The notes under the pieces are model-generated. The model had not been told where the DNA came from and did no database searches. It saw only the letters and a list, made by a program, of their open reading frames with translations. Position numbers and translations under genes: made by a program. A stretch of DNA of 64,000 nucleotides from positions 88,430 to 152,429 of IMG/VR virus record IMGVR_UViG_3300001528_000360. One strand, written 5' to 3'. Shown here piece by piece: positions 61,226-64,000 of this stretch. Position 1 is the stretch's first letter. Every line of letters begins with the position of its first letter. Origin of the DNA: a virus (taxonomy: Duplodnaviria; Caudoviricetes).

Positions 61226-62179
61226 ATGGAAACTACTGGAAAGATTAAGCTCTTTAGCGATTCTGATCTTGATGGCATCAGCTGTGGAATTCTTGCCAAG
61301 TTTGTTTTTGGTGAGGAACGTGTTGATACGATGTTTTGTACTCCGAAGGATATTAATCAGAGACTAATGTCTTTTATTGAAAAGGAAGAGTACAATAAAT
61401 ATGATAAGGTCTTTATTACTGATCTTGTTATTAAGCCTGAAACGGCTGCAAAGATTGATAGCATTCCTGGCTTTAAGTTTAAGCTCTTTGATCATCATAA
61501 GTCTAATTATACTAATAGTAAGTATACTTGGGTTACTGTTAGTGAAAATTTTGTAGGACGTAAAACTTGTGGAACAGAACTTTTCTATAATCATCTTCTT
61601 GAATACTATATTGAAGTTCGTAATGATTATATTGAAAAGTATGTTGAGTATGTTCGTCTTTGGGATACATGGGAATGGCCTTCTGCCGGTGCAGATGGTA
61701 TTTATGCAAAGAAGCTTAATACTCTTCTTTCTATGTATAGCAATACAAAGTATATGAACAGTATTATTATTCCTCTTGAGAATAATTCTACCACTTTCAT
61801 CAGTGATAGTGATGAAGAGATTCTTAAGGTAGAGGAAAATCGTAAGAATCGTTACATTAAGCAGAAGTCCAGAAATATTCGTGTAATGGAAGTAAGTGGA
61901 CATAAGCTTGGTTTCGTATTTGCAGAAAATTATATTTCTGAACTTTGTAATTACATGCTTAAGAATATTGAGGGTGTTGAAATTGCAGCAGCTATCAATG
62001 CTGATGCCCATGTTGTTTCTCTTAGAACAACGGAAGCTACTGGTATTGATGTGTCTGAATTTGCAAAGACATTTACTCCTCAGGGTGGTGGACATCCTCT
62101 TAGTGCAGGCTTTGTATTTAATACAGAGTATGAAACTAAGTTTGTACAGGATATCTTCCAGACCTATTCTAAGGAATAA
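61226..62179 (+). CDS. DHH-family phosphoesterase (NrnB-like)
   Basis: DLDG, ITD, DHH, CGT, GGGHPLSAG motifs. Confidence 0.9.
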   Translation: METTGKIKLFSDSDLDGISCGILAKFVFGEERVDTMFCTPKDINQRLMSFIEKEEYNKYDKVFITDLVIKPETAAKIDSIPGFKFKLFDHHKSNYTNSKYTWVTVSENFVGRKTCGTELFYNHLLEYYIEVRNDYIEKYVEYVRLWDTWEWPSAGADGIYAKKLNTLLSMYSNTKYMNSIIIPLENNSTTFISDSDEEILKVEENRKNRYIKQKSRNIRVMEVSGHKLGFVFAENYISELCNYMLKNIEGVEIAAAINADAHVVSLRTTEATGIDVSEFAKTFTPQGGGHPLSAGFVFNTEYETKFVQDIFQTYSKE

Positions 62180-62323
62180 GCATAAAAAAGAAAGTAGAGT
62201 TTTATCTCTACTTTCTTTTTTTTATATTTTTTAACTAAGATTTAAGATATATATTATTATAGTATAAAGCAATAAGGCTTTCAACAAAACTTTATAGTAA
62301 TAAAATACGAGGTGATTAGAATT

Positions 62324-63655
62324 ATGAAAGACAAATCAAATAAAGTTAGTGTAGAAACTTATAGTTCTAATGTAGAAAATGTAAATATAGCAGATGCTTG
62401 CTCATCATACATGCAAATCTTTGGAGCCAATACAAATTTAGCCCGTCATTTACCAGTAGTGCTAGATGGCCTAAAGCTTGGTGAAAGGAGAATCCTTTAT
62501 ACAATGTATAAAATGGGATTAAGGTATGATGGGGAAACGACAAAGGTTGCAAGTATTGTAGGTAACGTATTGTCTTTGCATTAACATGTGAGTGCCGTAT
62601 AATAGTGATATTATATGTAAAACTTCCCTAATTACTGGAAACTCTAAACAGGTAAAGCTGTAGATAATCAGCAACCAAGACTTATTTATAATAAGTAAGG
62701 TTCAACGACTAGTCTTTATGACGTACATCTAAGTAGATGGAAATGGGAAGCAACTTAATAAGTTGGTGATATAGTCTAATCTCTATAGAGATATAGAGCA
62801 GTTCATAAGAGAACGCATATAGTGTAACGAGCTATATGGAATATGAATGCCACACGGTGATTCTGCTGTTGAAGATACGTTAGTTAAACTTGCTCAACCT
62901 TGGAATAATATCCAATGTACTATTGTCGGTTCAGGTAACTTTGGTTCTGTTGCTGGAGCTAGTGCCGCCGCTGGTCGATACATTGAAGCTAAATTATCTT
63001 ATTATGCATATAAATGTTTCTTTGAAGAGTATGATGATAAGATTGTAAATACTAAATTAAACTATCTTGGCAATATGCTTGAACCAGAATTTCTTCCTGC
63101 TAAATACCCAAATGTTATGATCAATAACACGTTTGGCATTGGTTACGGCATTTCCACGAGTATATGCACATATAATCTTAAGGAAGTACTTGAAGCTACT
63201 ATTAGTTTAATGGAAGATCCTGATCAAGATGTTATTATGTTATATCCTGATTCATCTACTGGTGCAAGTATAGTAGACGAGGGACAGTTCGAGCAGATTT
63301 GTCGAACTGGTAAGGGTAGATTTAAGATGAGAGGTGTTATTGAAATTGATGAAGATAATAATATCCTCAATATTAAATCAACTCCTCTTATGACTTCTTG
63401 GGAAAAAATTAAAAGACCATTATTTGAATTATTAAATGATGGTAAAACTAACTTAATGAAAGATTTTAAAGATCTTTGTGAATTTAATACAATGCATTAT
63501 CAAATCTTTCTTAAGAAAGAAGTTGATCCATATAGTGTTGTTAGTATGATTTATGCTAAGACACAAATGGAAAAAACATTCAATGTTAACTTTAAGTTAA
63601 TCGAAGATTGGGCTGACCAAGATTATAATATTAAATCTGTATTACAGACGTGGAT
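62324..63655 (+). CDS. gyrA: Type IIA topoisomerase/gyrase subunit A, 3'-truncated (exons 62324-62581, 62850-63655)
   Basis: DGLKLGERRILY, KVASIVG, LH|PHGDSA, GNFGS, AAAGRY (catalytic Tyr), EPEFLP. Confidence 0.92.
62582..62849 (+). mobile_element. Group I intron, ORF-less (gyrA intron 1)
   Basis: P/Q/R/S core; junction restores HPHGD. Confidence 0.9.
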
Positions 63656-64000
63656 TGAAAATTAGTCCCTATAAATAGTAATATTTATAGAAAACTTCCC
63701 TAAATGCGGGAAACTCTCGTTAGGCTATAACTACTAAATCTATATAGTAATATATAGATGGCAATGGGTAATTCCAAAGGTATAGTAATAAGGTTATAGA
63801 TAGAGACAATCCGCAGCTAAAGATTCATAAAAATATTAAATAAAAAAAACATTTTACAATTGTCATAAAAAATAATAAAGGAGGTGAAATATATGTTAAC
63901 AATTAATGTATGGAGATCAATTATTATAAATGGTATTTTAACAAATTATCTTGTATCATCAGATGGTAATATATATAGTAAGAGTATGGATAAAATTATG
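63656..64000 (+). mobile_element. Group I intron (gyrA intron 2), runs off the window
   Basis: P1 GGAU/GUCC, P AAATGCGGG, Q AATCCGCAG. Confidence 0.8.
63893..64000 (+). CDS. Intron-encoded ORF, probably an HNH endonuclease (truncated)
   Basis: AAGGAGG RBS; IIING..YLVSSDGNIYS resembles the N-termini of the 35208 and 58719 HNH proteins. Confidence 0.7.
   Translation, partial: MLTINVWRSIIINGILTNYLVSSDGNIYSKSMDKIM

Noticed and set aside
8549-63665. Fragmented RNAP/gyrase/recA/dnaB ORFs as pseudogenes, assembly errors or stop-codon recoding
   Set aside because: Every break is explained by a group I intron core, and in-frame junctions restore conserved motifs. Uninterrupted genes read normally in the standard bacterial code.
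1-64000. Reverse transcriptase, DGR, retron or IStron explanation for the arrays or intron spread
   Set aside because: I saw no YxDD RT, TR/VR pair or TnpA/TnpB ORF in this window; one cannot be excluded elsewhere in the genome.

Overview
Very AT-rich segment of a jumbo bacteriophage of the phiKZ/AR9(PBS1)-like type. AGGAGG Shine-Dalgarno sites suggest a Firmicutes host (inference). It encodes three split multisubunit RNA-polymerase subunits, GyrB/GyrA, RecA, DnaB, a NAD-dependent ligase, SbcC/SbcD, SF1 and SF2 helicases, a tubulin/FtsZ-family protein, a MazF-like protein, a tRNA-Ser and virion proteins. The core genes look fragmented in the ORF track because 15 group I introns interrupt them: 7 ORF-less, 6 with HNH genes (one truncated by the window end) and 2 carrying non-endonuclease cargo ORFs. 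One helicase also carries a class 3 intein. I reconstructed the splice junctions by hand, and they restore canonical protein motifs. The most unexplained signal is a family of three dispersed non-coding arrays (2671-3090, 20989-21085, 60851-61166). Each has an 18-nt period in which two 9-nt motifs (TGATACTAT / TGATTCATT) alternate, separated by unique ~9-nt spacers. Other notable observations are near-identical introns in unrelated genes and a recA intron predicted to end in A rather than G. All assignments come from reading motifs by eye; no database search was run.
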